The position numbers and the translations under genes were made by a program. DNA of 63,589 bases, the filler included, from Octopus bimaculoides (lineage: Eukaryota): assembly GCF_001194135.2 (NCBI RefSeq). It is 6 parts of 5 records of this genome, joined end to end, with 100 filler letters (N's around TTAATTAATTAA, not from the genome) between each part and the next. Parts side by side here need not be neighbours in the genome. Positions count along the whole stretch, not along the records: positions 1 to 12,322 come from NC_068981.1; positions 12,423 to 31,182 come from NC_068992.1; 4 more parts are not named here. One strand, written 5' to 3'. A model generated the notes under the pieces. That model ran no database searches and was not told the origin of the DNA. It saw only the letters and a list, made by a program, of their open reading frames with translations. Of the stretch, positions 1 to 13,319 are shown in pieces; positions within the stretch are counted from its first letter, which is position 1; every line of letters starts with the position of its first letter.

Positions 1-550
1 TATATATATAATCGCTTAGTGCAGTCGGAACTTTTAATTGTACGACAAAACCAATATTTATAACGTCATATGTTTTTCTGTTAGTGTTATTATATTTGCG
101 GGGTTTCAAATAGTACGTGTATGAGATATAACAAAATATGAGAGAATGATATGTTTTAATTTCATAATTTAATTACACCATTTCATTAATACAGTGCGAT
201 TATCAGGCTTAGAATGTCAAATAGATAATCAAGATTTATTATCAAGCCAGAGACCTATAACTTTTCTGCTTAACATTGCAAGATTGTTGCAGTGGTGAAC
301 GAATCAATCATTGTGACATTGACGAGTAAACAACTCGATGTTTGATTCTGTCAAGATTTCTACGATGCAATAATGTTACGCATAAAAGTTACTCGTTTCT
401 GACGATTTTCCAATGTCTTCATTATGTAATTTACCTTATGTAAATAATAATAATTCCCTTGAGTCAATGAAACGACGAAACGTATATAACATAGTATAAG
501 TAAACGTCTTATAAGTAACATCTCGTGTTTTATTTCACTATACATGTAGG

Positions 551-945
551 TATGGGTGTGGCTGTATGGTTAGAAGCTACATTTCTAACCACATCATTTC
601 AGGTTCAATCCCACTACGTGGCGCCTTTGCCGAGTGTTTTCTAATATAGCCTCAGGCCGACCAAAGCCTTGTGAGTAGTTTTGGTAAATGGAAACTGAAA
701 GAATCCCTTCGTATATACATGTATATATATTTGCGTGTGTGTGACTTTGTATCTGTGCTTGTTCCCCATTACCGCCGCTTTACAACCGGTGTTGGTGTGT
801 TTAAGTCCTGTAACTTAGTGGTTTGGCAAAAGACGCCGATGAAATAAGTTCTAGGCTTACAAAGAATAAGTCCTGGGGTTGATTTCTTTGACTAGATCTC
901 ATAGCTGCAGTCATATGGCTGAAACAAGTAAAAGAATAAAAAAAT
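551..945 (+). mobile_element. tRNA-derived SINE, octopus OR/CORE-like family (degenerate)
   Basis: tRNA-like head (gtggctgtatggttagaag...ggttcaatccc), central aggccgaccaaagccttgtgag, internal TA/TG tract, tail ending tgaaacaagtaaaagaataaa. Same family recurs at 7.0k, 25.7k, 47.7k and 63.1k. Confidence 0.75.
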
Positions 946-2149
946 GTATGTGTGTATACATATATATAGAGAGAGACAGAGATACTTGAAAGCAGTTTAG
1001 AGATCTATACAAATCAAATTTTTATATATAAAAGATGGAGGTTAAAATAGCACAGATATAAGTCTAAGACATTTCAATTTGAGAGGGAATTTAATAAAAA
1101 TGATTTTAAAAATTTTAGAAAGAAAATACTTTTTCTCGATATCAGTAAAAATTTATAATAATTGATATCTAATAAGATGAGATACATCGAAACAGGTAAT
1201 ATTTTTTTAATGTAAATTTTTAAATAATTTTCTATTAAATTCTTTCTTATATTGAAATGTATTAGACTTCTGTATTATTTCCACCTCCATTTTTTTATAT
1301 ATATGCATATATGTATATATGTGTGTGCGTGTGTGTGTATATATATATTCTGTGTTCACTTGCTTCAGCTTTATTTCATATTAAATGTATTTCGTCCAGA
1401 GTTCTTTCGTCACACTTCTCTGACCTCATCAGTGGCCCTTTGCTTTTTTCTTTCTTTTCTTTTTTTGTCTCTCCTTCCTAACGATCTGTCATTTTGTACT
1501 CCAAAATGGATGTCATACACACGGAACACACATACATACACACACGCACCGCCATAGCTATCTCGTTTAGCCAGTTTTATTTGGTCCTGATTGTTGTTCA
1601 GTCGGGGTACAGTCGGTCAAATAAAGCTGGTTACACGAAACCTTTCCATATCAATTTCTCATTCTGTAATACATACACTAACATACACACCCCCGTTTAA
1701 CACAGACACACATAACACATATATGTATAGACATACATACGTGCGTGTGATTATATAAACGTACATACGTCTGTGGATGAGTGCATGTGTGTATATTATC
1801 GATTGGCAAAGCAGAGAACACAAATGTAGAGGCGGTATTTGGAAGATGCTTATAGTCTATATTTCGACAATGGAAGGACGAAATCTAAAGTCTACCTTAG
1901 TGCTATTTCAAATAAGCATGTAAAAAATATGTATCTAAATTATGCATATGCCTTAAGTCCCCTATTTTCTGCCAATCCTCCACCCTTTTGTGTGTATTAT
2001 TGAAAATACATTTGTTGGTAACTGTATTTTATTCTAAAGAAAAAAAGATTTGAAGTTTTCATTTTTAGCCACTTATTTTGTTTAGAGGAAGGCCGTAGCT
2101 TTCGCAGTCCCTTCGTATTACCGTGACTGAGGTTCTTCTGAAAATTGCT

Positions 2150-2650
2150 GCAAATTGGGTAGAGAGGGAATTTCAGTCGACTGACGTTCTGTGAAAGAAT
2201 GAACTGGTTCGGTTCAGTGAACAAGACAAGAGTGAAGAGAAGAAGCGAGTCACGTGAATTAGGTGAGAAAACAGCCATTAAGGAGGTACAAGTCCACTAT
2301 TGTAGAGGTAGAAAAGACAGAGCTAGGAGACATCGATTTGTTTCTATTGAATAATTCAATGTTATTCTGTCAGTGGAAGTTTTCTGGATGCGACCCAGAT
2401 TGTCCGTAATGTGGCATGGCATGGCAGAAAGGGAAGAGCGAGCACTAATACTGAAAAAGTATTCTAATGCGATCTCATTTGAACTTAAGATAGGCCAATT
2501 AACTGTTAGGCGTTGAAGTGTCTCTTGGCCTTCAGAGGAAGTTTAGTGATTTAATTATTGTTCTGTTGCGGATCTGAGATTCCTAGGAGACATCATACAT
2601 GAATTCGGGGCCTACAAACTGTAGCAGCTCTGAAGGTTTTAATTGCATGT
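2150..2650 (-). mobile_element. Highly decayed CR1/Jockey-group LINE 3' fragment
   Basis: Minus-strand pieces such as DNLGRIQK and FYLYNSGL resemble the RT C-terminal LDRIQRK...LFYRYYNG region; many stops and frameshifts. Confidence 0.35.
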
Positions 2651-3775
2651 TACTCATGAGTAGAGGTGATGAATGAAATAATTCGAGTGATCTAAGTTAT
2701 TGGCGTTTCTCTAACGGAGTACAAATAAGAATATTCGATCGTGTGTGTCTCATCTATTAACACCACCTTACACTACCTAACTGTTGCTGTTAGCTCTCTT
2801 CTAACAACCAGGAGAGATTTCGCTCTAGAAATCTGGCATTAATGTGATGATAAAACTCACTTATATGCATCTTAAATTTTATGCTATATTGTTTATTAAT
2901 AATGCATGATACGGTACGTGTGTACGTGTGTGTGTATATGTATGTACATGTGTCTGTGTGTGTACGTGTGTTTTTTTATAATGGATACAAGCATTCAAAG
3001 GATTGAATAATTTGCTTCGCAATCAGGTGATTCGTGGTTTGATGTAATTGCGTAGCACCTTGAGCAAGTGTTTCCTATCAGAATTTCTAGTTATCCCGCT
3101 CTTTGTTAGCACATTAAAAATAGTCATTTTAATCACTTTATCATGTATGAGATGTCAAAACCTTTTCAAGTAACATTTGTATATCGTTCCTTTTGCAATG
3201 TTTATATTTAAAATCCCTTGACTTCGACTCTAAAACTTTTATTTGGAAAATGCATAGAGAAACATCGCTTGAGAGAATCAACAACAATTTCCTGAAGCTC
3301 TGCAATGATTGCAGTAAGCCGAATGAAAGCGGTCATAAAACCTCATTATCAAGACTCTAGCCTGCAGTAAAACTAGGAAAAATATCACTCCCATTAAGAT
3401 AAAGCCAGGAAGGAACGCGAACAGTTCAACGCAAGAACATATCTCCTTTTTTTTTTCTATTTATTTGTTATACGTTAATGATAGAAAAACGTCAAGAATA
3501 ATAAGAAAGATTGATATCCTGGTAGAACAAAAATAGTTAACACTTAAAGGGGAGAATAGTCGTATATCTCAATTTTAAAAGATTATGGTCACCGAAAGAA
3601 AACATTTACCGCACACATACATACATGCATACATACANNNNNNNNNNNNNNNNNNNNNNNNNNNNNNNNNNNNNNNNNNNNNNNNNNNNNNNNNNNNNNN
3701 NNNNNNNNNNNNNNNNNNNNNNNNNNNNNNNNNNNNNNNNNNNNNNNNNNNNNNNNNNNNATATATATGCGTATA

Positions 3776-5024
3776 CAGGGTGCGTAAGATATTTGAGGAC
3801 AGATTTATATTTACATCTCTTATTATTAACAGATATATAGTAACAGATAATAACTCTATTTATCAAAAATGCTATGAGGATAAAAAATAACCCTTGTTTT
3901 CTATAATGTTATTCAATAAAGCCACCTACATCTTCAACAAGTTCTTCTATATGAGACCTAATTCATCTACATGCTCGAATCAAGTCCAGATTCATTTTGG
4001 ATATTACTCTAACAAATAGTAGCTTTCAAAGTATCTTTGGTGTTATGAGCGTGTTCTTTGACCTCTCTCTCAACAACGCATGTAAATAGTCCAATGGACT
4101 GAGATCTGGCGAATTAGGAGGCCAAATGTTAGAGAATATGTGATTATGAACATTTTCGGCCATCCATTCCTGTGCTACTGGAGCCATGTGTGATAGTACA
4201 GAATCTTACTGAAAGACATATGGCCTTCCATTGCATACACTGACTATCCACAATTATTTCGAGGACCTCAATATAGGCGGCAGAGTTAACTCTAAGGTCT
4301 TATGGAAAGAAGTAGAGAGGCATCATAGGTCCTTCATTGCGGACAACCCCTAAAACCATAACAGATGCAAGAAATTTCGCATACATAACAGTTGAACCTT
4401 CTGCGCGTAATTATCTGTCATTTCTTCTGTTAACTTTTTGATCTTGGTCGAAGTTTTACTCGTTTGAGAAAAAACAAATCAAATCTTCTTCTGATGGATT
4501 TTTGAGTTTCTTTAAGAGCCTTTTATATCTGATGTAGTGATTTTCTTTTGCCTTTTCTGACAAATTGGCCTTTCATCATCATATAAGACTTATACCTGAT
4601 CTCTTTGTGGACAACATTTCTGACTGTTCCTTCTGACACATGGAGATCTTTTGCAATTGTCCTCGTGGACTTTCTGGGATTGTAATCAATATGTCTGTTG
4701 AAGATCCTGGATAAATTCAGATGTTCTAATGATTTCAGAGCGTGTAGAATGCTTTTTGTGCTTTGATACTGGTGATATGCTTCCATCTTCAAGCTCTAGC
4801 TCCTTACAAACTTTGTAGACGAAATGTCTGCCAACTTTTAAAAATCAAGATATTTCTAAATTGCTATGCTCAGCCATTATAACCACAATAACAGTATGCC
4901 TTTTCATTTCTTGAGTAAGCTGAGGGTCTGCCATTATTATTTTCTAAAACAAAGATTAAACAGAGTTAGTAAAATATGCAGCAATGACCGAAAAAAGGCC
5001 TATCCTCAAACACCTTACGCAGAC

Positions 5025-5026
<2 letters not shown>
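3776..5026 (-). mobile_element. Tc1/mariner superfamily maT (D,D37D) transposon, defective
   Basis: TIRs cagggtgcgtaagatatttgaggaca (3776) and tatcctcaaacaccttacgcagactg (5001-5026) in TA context. Transposase pieces NPRKSTRTIAKDLHVSEGTVRNVVH and NGRPYVFQ*DS...WPPNSPDLSPLDY, with 37 residues counted between the last two Asp. C-terminus GGFIE*. Confidence 0.85.
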
Positions 5027-5084
<58 letters not shown>

Positions 5085-5623
5085 TATATTATATGTATTT
5101 ATTTTCTCTAAGTTAACAATTAACTCGGACAAAATAAATTGGTTACTAGATACCAAAGTAGCAAAGATCACAAAATGACTGTAGTGTATATATATATACT
5201 TCGTTCACTTCGGTGGGTGTTATTGTAACAACTTTTTAGGCCCCTATACCGTTCGGCCTTCTCAGATTCCTATCTGATTGTCTTGTTTTATAATGTTCTC
5301 GGAATGTGGAACTGAAATCATTATTTAATTTGCGGTTTAAATTCTCCCATTCCATTTGCCACACCCGTGTTGTTCTCTTGTTAGTTATTCTACCACGTGC
5401 GTTGTCGCTTACTCAATCCGCTTGAATCACTGTATATGCATACATTATTTGCGTACATATATGTAAACATGCTTATGAATATGCCAAATAGAGACGGAAG
5501 AGGAGAGAGAGAGGGATGATGGAGAGGCTACCATACTAATAGTATGAGAAGCGGTAAACTTACACATACACCCATACATACACACACATAAACACACACA
5601 CAGACACGCACGAACCCGCGCAT

Positions 5624-5674
<51 letters not shown>

Positions 5675-6639
5675 ATGCCTACTACTTCAGATTAAACAGT
5701 AAGAACAATCGACTTTATTTGAACCATGCATATTTGGTGGGCCAATACATGATACCCGAAGCATATTAAACCAGACATATTTTGCTAACAAGCAAGCATG
5801 CTGACAATTGTATTACATTATATTGCAGTGACGCAACATTTGTTTGCCTTCTAATTCATGTAATAGTTTTGAGAGCACCTCGAACGAATCATTCCTAACG
5901 TTCCTTTCCTTAAATTTTATATCCCATTGTGCAGACCAACATATTATGTTGCAAACATGCCTTTTCCAACAGCGCTAATTTTTGTATATTTATGTGTAAA
6001 TATGATAGTTTTCACTCCAAATACCTACACTATACAATATCAACGTTTTATTGCTTGATCAGAGGAAGGAATTTGTCTTCTCGACATTTGCAGGTCTCCA
6101 GGTTCGCTGGAGCGAGAAAAGCAGAAATAAAGTATCACTCATAAATTGCTTCAGTAACAAATACCGCATGATGATATCGAATTACCATTAAAGCGGAGAA
6201 CTTTTCCTAAGAACTTGCAACCATTAACTTTGCTAAAATCACATAACAACCAGGAGCTAGTGCTAGTGGTGGACTTGGTATTAAGCCTGGAGACGAATAA
6301 AGATACAAAAATAGTATCATTGATATCCAGTGAGGAAACCTAAATGTTTCTATACGCATGTATATGATAATCTTATATTTCATAAAATTAATTCTAATTA
6401 AAACCTGCACATTATGTAGAACATGTTTTAAACAGAAAAACGTTTTGCAATGGCAAAATTTTTGCTATCGGAGCTAATTTTGACGTTAGTCAACTCCAAA
6501 CTGCATCGCCTTTATATTTTTAATGACTTGTTTATCTTATACTTTTACAGTTACATCCTTTGTTCGTTGTCTTTAGATTGTAAAGACAGTTTATTGAAAA
6601 TGTGTGTGTGTGTACTTGAATTTACATATGTATATATTT

Positions 6640-6770
6640 ACTTGTTTCAGTGATTAGAGTGCGATGATTCTGGAGTATTGCCTTGAAGAATTATTAGTCG
6701 AATGAATCGACCTCAGTATTTGTTTCCCTGTTAAGCTTGGCACTAATTTAATCGGTTAAGAATAGACTAC
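6640..6770 (-). mobile_element. 3' tail fragment of OR-like SINE
   Basis: Reverse complement reads ...ttcgactaataattcttcaaggcaatactccag...ctgaaacaagtaaa, matching the tail at 63166-63225. Confidence 0.5.
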
Positions 6771-6953
6771 GCAGACCAGAAAGTGACACATAGGATAGAA
6801 AGTTGCTAAAGAGACCACAGGATGTGTGACGAAAGATTTCAGACAAAGGACACTAAAATAAGAATAATAATACTAAAGCTGAAGTGAAGAACGTGTATAT
6901 ATTGCGTGTGGTTAATTGTAAAAACAAAACAAGTGACCAGCTCGAAGTATAAC

Positions 6954-6995
<42 letters not shown>

Positions 6996-6997
6996 AA

Positions 6998-7146
6998 ACA
7001 ACGGGTTCTTTCAGTTTCCCTTTACCAAAGGCGTTGGTCGGCCTGAGGCTATGGTGGAAAACTTCTGGCGGAGGTGCCAAAGAGTGGATCTGAAACGGGA
7101 ACCATCTAGTTGGGAGGTAACTTTATTACCACACAGCCAAAGCCGC
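6998..7146 (-). mobile_element. OR/CORE-like SINE, 5' half
   Basis: Reverse complement has ggctgtgtggtaa head and gcctcaggccgaccaacgcc...gggaaactgaaagaacccgttg core. Confidence 0.65.
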
Positions 7147-7258
7147 ATATATATATATATGCGGGCGCGCGTGTGTGTGTCAGGCTACGTTATCACATGT
7201 GCTTTTTTTTAAGACGATAGAGTGAGATGTCGAATTTGTCACTCTCATTTTACCTACT

Positions 7259-8477
7259 ATAGGGTCATCCCATAAAAAATGCGGTTTTTTCAATTGCATG
7301 AACTAAAAGTCGGATGGAGACAGGATAAACTACCTGCATAAAATTGCAATAAAACCAGGTAGTAATTTTGCCTTGTTCTTAATCCTTAGTGCAAGTTTTG
7401 CAAAGTGCATTTCGATTTTAACGGTTATTTTAAAAAAGCTATAATGAGAGTGACAAAGGAGCATATTCGGCAAATTTTGCTTCATGAGTTCAATAAAGAC
7501 AACAACTCAGCGGAAGGTGCGAGGAATATTAATGCACTGTTTGGAGAACGGACAATAAGCGTAAGCCAGTGTCATCGGTGGTTCCGAAAATTCCGAGCGG
7601 AATAACTACAGAGTAGAAGGCGAGTGTCGTCCTAGAAGATCTGTGGAGCTCGACGAGGACGTACTGGAAACCCTGGTGGAACAAAATCCCATGGTAACTG
7701 TTGAAGAACTAGCAGAGAAGCTTGGATTTGGTCATTCAACCATTCATCGACATCTGCATGCTATTGGAAAAGTTCGTAAATTGTTCAATGCATTCCTCAC
7801 AAACTTTCCGCGTCTAATCGCCCGCAGAGAGTGAATGTGTGCTCTTGTTTTCTGTTACGTCTCACAGATAAACCGTTTTGGACCGAATACTGACTGGTGA
7901 CGAGAAATGGGTTCTCTATGAGAATATCAAGTGCCGAAGACAATGAGTAGGGAAGGAGAAACACCGGCACCCATGGCTAAAGAAGGTCTTCATCCACATA
8001 AGGTGTTGTTATCTGCTTAGGATCTGAAAGGTTTAGTCCACTTTGAACTTTTAATCTCAAAACAAATGATCTACAAAGGAGATCTACTGTATGCAGCTTA
8101 AGTCAGCGCTAGAAGAAAAACGACCATCTTTGGTTTGAAAACCAAAAAAATATGACATTCCAAAGGCTGGAGCAGTTTGAATAGGAAACGATGCCCCACC
8201 CACCATTTTCGCCGAGCATTGCCCCCTTTGAATATCATTTATTCCGCAGATTTCAAAACCATTTGGATGAATAAAACATATACTCTGTTGACGAGGTTAG
8301 AATAGTACTCGAGGGGAAGTGAATTTTGGAGGAAGAGCTTTGCAAGTCTACCATATGGATGGAAAAGCATTGTAGAAAATGAAGAAGAGTATATTTTAGA
8401 TTAAAAAAGAACTTTGTTTATCTTAATTTTGAAAAATAAAAGTATAAAAGACCGCATCATTTATGAGATGACCCAAA
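7259..8477 (+). mobile_element. mariner transposon, defective
   Basis: TIRs gggtcatcccataaaaaatgcgg (7262) and ccgcatcatttatgagatgaccc (8452-8474). Pieces HIRQILLHEF...RWFRKFR, LVEQNPMVTVEELAEKLG...TIHRHLHAIG, TGDEKWVLY, HPHKVLLS and YHLFR; frameshifts and internal deletion. Confidence 0.9.
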
Positions 8478-8553
8478 ACATATGTATGCATATATCTATG
8501 CATTCAGCTATCTACTCATCTCACGTTATAAGTAACTAGTGATATATATATAC

Positions 8554-8601
<48 letters not shown>

Positions 8602-9469
8602 TTAGTTATTTATCTATCATAGGCACAAAGACATACATACACATACGCGCATGTACACATGGAAACACCAATCACGCCCGCATACACACGCATACACACA
8701 TGCGAACACATATTCTACATGTCCATATTGATATATATATGTCGCCGGACGTCTGTGATTCGTTGTCACTAGCACCAAGGCCAGTCTCTTTATGAAGAAA
8801 AATTTCTTTATTAGAACTGAAAAGGCAAATGGTAAAATCCATAACAATTTTATTTGAAATTAGAAAATTACCGTACTTCATAGTGTTTGGAATGTATATA
8901 AATTCTCTTCTTAATTTTTCTTGTTCACTTCGTCCTGTAAAGTAGCGTTGGCGCCTAATAAACAATCAAACTCACATTGGTAGAATTTAGGCAATATGAA
9001 CCACAAAGAGTCGAAACAAGTATCATATATTTTCCTTGCTCGCCTTACAGGTAAAATTTACAGAATATGTTGCGAAAATTATTTTTTCTTCGTTTGGAAA
9101 TTTTCAATTATCTAAGATTTTACTAAAACACCTACTCCCCCACACTAAGCAAATAGAGAAACACATAATCATGTTGATCAGTAACTCCAGGTGGGAATTT
9201 TAATTAATATCTGTGTATAAATCTGTTGGTATCGAAGCTGTTCGTAATTGTTCTTTTGTTCGCTGATTTTGAATTCATTGACCAGCTGAGCTTCATAACA
9301 GTCCACTCATTTTGCTTTTGTCACAGACAGCTCTATCAAGCTTGTCAATGCATTAGGTAGGAGTATTGATGGGTATGTCATTTTGATATTATTTGTATTA
9401 AAACCTGCAACTGTTAATCAACAACAGGACTTTTAAAAATATTCAATTAATTAGAGGTGCACAAAATAG

Positions 9470-9800
9470 CGATGTCTAATATAAAGCTGTATACAGTTCT
9501 GTTGTCAGAAAAAGCAAAGAAAATAGTCTTGATCGCGCTTACAGTCTTATGTGATCACACCTTTAAATGGAAACATACTAAGTATCAGAAACTTTTGGAA
9601 GATTTGAATGAGAAGGGATATAGTCATGACTATTCAGAGTCAAGGTTATCTGTATGGAATTCCAGTCCTGTCAGTACTGAGAATTCGTACAACCAATGGA
9701 ATAAGCTGTGCGAAGGATGGAAGATGCAGCACAAAGAGCCTTTTGCTACTTGTGGAACAAGACAGAAGAGTTATGTTGGAAGCCACTGCCGATACATCTC
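9470..9800 (+). mobile_element. 3' fragment of restriction-like-endonuclease non-LTR retrotransposon (Hero/NeSL-like)
   Basis: LLSEKAKKIVLIALTVLC...KYQKLLEDLNEKGY matches the ELTVP..K..KY..L RLE region; in another frame the C-terminus reads DAAQRAFCYLWNKTEELCWK. Confidence 0.55.
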
Positions 9801-10448
9801 CATGTTTTAGATGTTATCAATATCATTTAACAAGTTCTTGTACACCCGAACTTGGAAAGATCATAGCTACAGAAACAGTCTCGCCTTATGTTAATTATGA
9901 CATCTTACTCTGCTTATAATCAGTTAATTATATTTTGACCAAATTTTACCTATATCACCAAATTTACTATTTGTTGTTATAATATAAGAACAACAGTTCA
10001 TAGTAGATAGATTCGAAGCGTACCGACAGAGATGCACTTATCCTACGGTCCAATGACATCATTCCTCCCTTGGCGTAATGTGTTTTCACAATCAATATCA
10101 GTAAAGAGAATCTCTCTACCGAAACTGTTCCCTCAACGAAGGTATTTCATGTTTCCGTGTAGACTAACCTATTAGAGATAAATGCTCACGTTTTTATTTA
10201 ACATATTGCCGTGAATTTCTTCTGACAAACGGTAATGCGTATTGTTTTAAGAACAATGTTACATCACATAGCCTATATATAATATAATCGGGTTTTGATA
10301 TCGCATTTTGACAGTTTCAGGCCTTCACACTCGGTTTCGTTACATACTATTCCAAAAGTAAAATCGTAAAAAAAATGTGACAAAATGTTATGATCAAGAT
10401 GTTATGACCAAGGGTGGCTGCACTTTCTGTTAATATTGATACCGTTCT

Positions 10449-10878
10449 AAGGCAGCGATCTGGCAGAAACGTTAGCACGCCGGGCGAAATGCTTAGCGGT
10501 ATTTCGTCTACCGTTATGTTCTGCGTTCAAATTCCGCCGAGATCGACTTTGCCTTTCATCCTTTCGGGGTCGATAAATTAAGTACTAGTTACGCACTCGG
10601 GTCGATGTAATCGACTTAATCCCTTTGTCTGTCCTTGTTTGTCTCCTCTATGTTTAGCCCCTCCTGGGCATTAACAAAATAAGAAACGTTAGCACGCCGG
10701 GCAAAATGCTTAGCGGTATTTCGTCTGTCTTTACCTTTTCAGTTCAAATTCCACCGAGGTCGACTTGGCTTTTCATCCTTTCGAGCTCGATAAATTAAGT
10801 ACCAGTTGCGTACTGGGATCGATGTAATCGACTAGCCCATCCCCCAAAATTTCGGGCCTTGTGCCTAGAGTAGAAAAG
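10449..10878 (+). mobile_element. Dimeric tRNA-derived SINE with Nin/Deu-like central domain
   Basis: Two units (gaaacgttagcacgccggg...gttcaaattcc...tttcatcctttcg...gataaattaagtac) with different tails. Flanked by near-identical 17-mers aatattgataccgttct (10432) and aatactgatactgttct (10879), read as a TSD. Confidence 0.85.
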
Positions 10879-13074
10879 AATACTGATACTGTTCTCTAGG
10901 CTGCACAGGCGTTCGTTGTATTCAGCTAGTTTTCCCATTTAATTCTCATTACGCTAGGTACGTTCTGCACGGGACTCCAGAGCTTCAAAAAGTCATTCAC
11001 AACTTTCAGATTGTTATTTTCATTTTTGAAAGCTTAGTTAATCCAATTGTTTTTGATTCTGTTTTTTAAAAGCTGCTGCCTGAGTGGTATTCGTAACTGA
11101 CCCTCGAAGACTGTAGATTGGTCTTAAGCCTCTGTCCTCCTGAGACAGAACATATTATTATCGCTGTTGTGAAAGTTTCTAATCGATAACAGGTCTCGTG
11201 GCTTTTAACTATTAGAGCAGATTTCCTCTATAACACACATTTCAAATGCTGATACCGGTAGTCTACTGTAAATGCATTGTAATATGAAACCATTGAATGA
11301 CATATACATTCCAACTTAATTTAATATTCTTTGGCCAAAGTTCTTTTATTTCAAAATTCTTTATTTAACACATTTCTGTTACTTTCTATGTCAGTGTTTT
11401 GCATCTGTAAACTTAGTGCGTTGATGCACAACAAGGGAGATACATGTGCGTGGTGAATAAAACCTACATTAATGTTTGTTATTCATGAATTCGTATCAAT
11501 CTTATTTTTTTTATACTTAAGTATGGTTAATAAACAAAATTAGCAATAATTCTCTGGTTATTTTCTAAATTTTCAACATTAAAAAGGTTTATTTTACAAC
11601 TTTCTATATGAAATTATCCAGCGATTATTTATTTGAACTATAATGTTCCAGAATGTCAAAAGTTTTCAGAAGCACTGATCTAAGCATTTTCAAATTTCAT
11701 GGTACAGAACAGTGTAAGTATAGAGAACATTAGTATTTGAATTTGGAAAGAGGTTTCTCTTCTTCTACTATCAAGCATAGAATTCTCTTTAGGCCAAATA
11801 GCACCAGAATTTCAGCTGAAAATGTCACGGAATCCAGCTGTTTCTCAGCATTTCTAAAATTACCAATCTTGATGTTTAGAGGGTTAACAAGAAAATTGGG
11901 TTAATTTAGTTTACTTACAGTTGTAGACCGCAAAATATAACCAATTAATTCACGTCTAGAAAATAATAGGAAAATTAACAGCAGCAGTGAAAGATTGTAT
12001 TTTTGGAATAATACTCTCAAAAGATTTATGACATCAGAGGAAATGTTTTATTTTCCATATTAAATTACTATTGCTTGCCTGTACTATAGACTTACGTAAT
12101 GCTCCGTGTGAACTTTGCTTAGTAACTTAGATAAGCAGATCTAAATTCCGAATACACTTGTGACGAGATTTCTTATTTCGTTTGAATGCATAAACAAAAA
12201 TAGCACCGCAAACACACGCGCGAACAACACACACATATGTACTTATATCAATGTATTTATACACACAGCACCATACATACATACATACATACATACATAC
12301 ATACATACATACGTATATATATNNNNNNNNNNNNNNNNNNNNNNNNNNNNNNNNNNNNNNNNNNNNTTAATTAATTAANNNNNNNNNNNNNNNNNNNNNN
12401 NNNNNNNNNNNNNNNNNNNNNNTGATAGAATTCTGGCAGAACTGTGTAGCAACAGATCGCCAGCAATTGCTTCATCAGAAATTGCCGTCCTAGCTCCTGC
12501 GAAAAGGAATTACCCTGCTATGTATAATCAAGGCAGCGCAAAAAGTTGTTTTGCACAAGCATTTGTATAGCCAATTAGACGGATGAAATTTACGTACACT
12601 TAATAATGTTACACAAAACAGCCTTCAGACTTTCCCTATTAATTTCGTCTTTTGAATTATGAACATATTTACATCATAAGGGTGTTTTCATTGTAAGGCT
12701 TTCTTTTTTAGTTGATTTTCACCTAGCAAGACTTATCGTAGATGGCATAATGAGTCACACCCGGACAAGGTCGGGTTATACTGCTAGTATATGATAAAAG
12801 AATAGTATTGTAAATATTTTTTAAATACTGATTTTGCACAAACTTAGAAATTTTGTTTACACCGAAACGATATATTGTTAAGCAAGTTTTATTAAAAGAG
12901 CATAAAAAATTTATATTCTAATTAAATAATTAATAAGTAGTTGATTTAATTAGTGATTTTTTCTTTTAATATATTTTTTATGCGTACATATTTTAATGCA
13001 TAAACAAAAAATAAAAACTAATATAAAATTGCAAAAAATTCATTACATTTTTATGCCTAATATTTTTCAATGGG

Positions 13075-13295
13075 TTACGACGGTGAGCTGGCAGAATCGT
13101 TGGCACGCCGGGCAAAATACATAGTAGCGTTACGTCCGTCTTTACGATCTGAAGTCAAATTCCGCTGAGGTCGACTCTGTCTTTCACTCTTTTCGGGGTC
13201 GACAAAATAAGTACTAGTTGAGCACTGGGGTGGGTGTTATTGATTTGCCCCACTCACGAAATTTTTGGCCTTGTTCCAAAATTTGAAACGAATAT
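13075..13295 (+). mobile_element. Nin/Deu-like SINE monomer (degenerate)
   Basis: gagctggcagaatcgttggcacgccggg head, tcggggtcgacaaaataagtac core, ggccttgttccaaaatttgaaac tail. Confidence 0.75.
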
Positions 13296-13319
13296 TGTTA
13301 GATGATGGTCGCCTCCAAA

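Noticed and set aside
12367-12378. Identical TTAATTAATTAA islands inside N runs (also 31227, 35519, 52336, 55336) that look like a spaced repeat array
   Set aside because: Always centred in symmetric N padding, so they are a scaffolding gap marker rather than biology, and not a CRISPR-like array.
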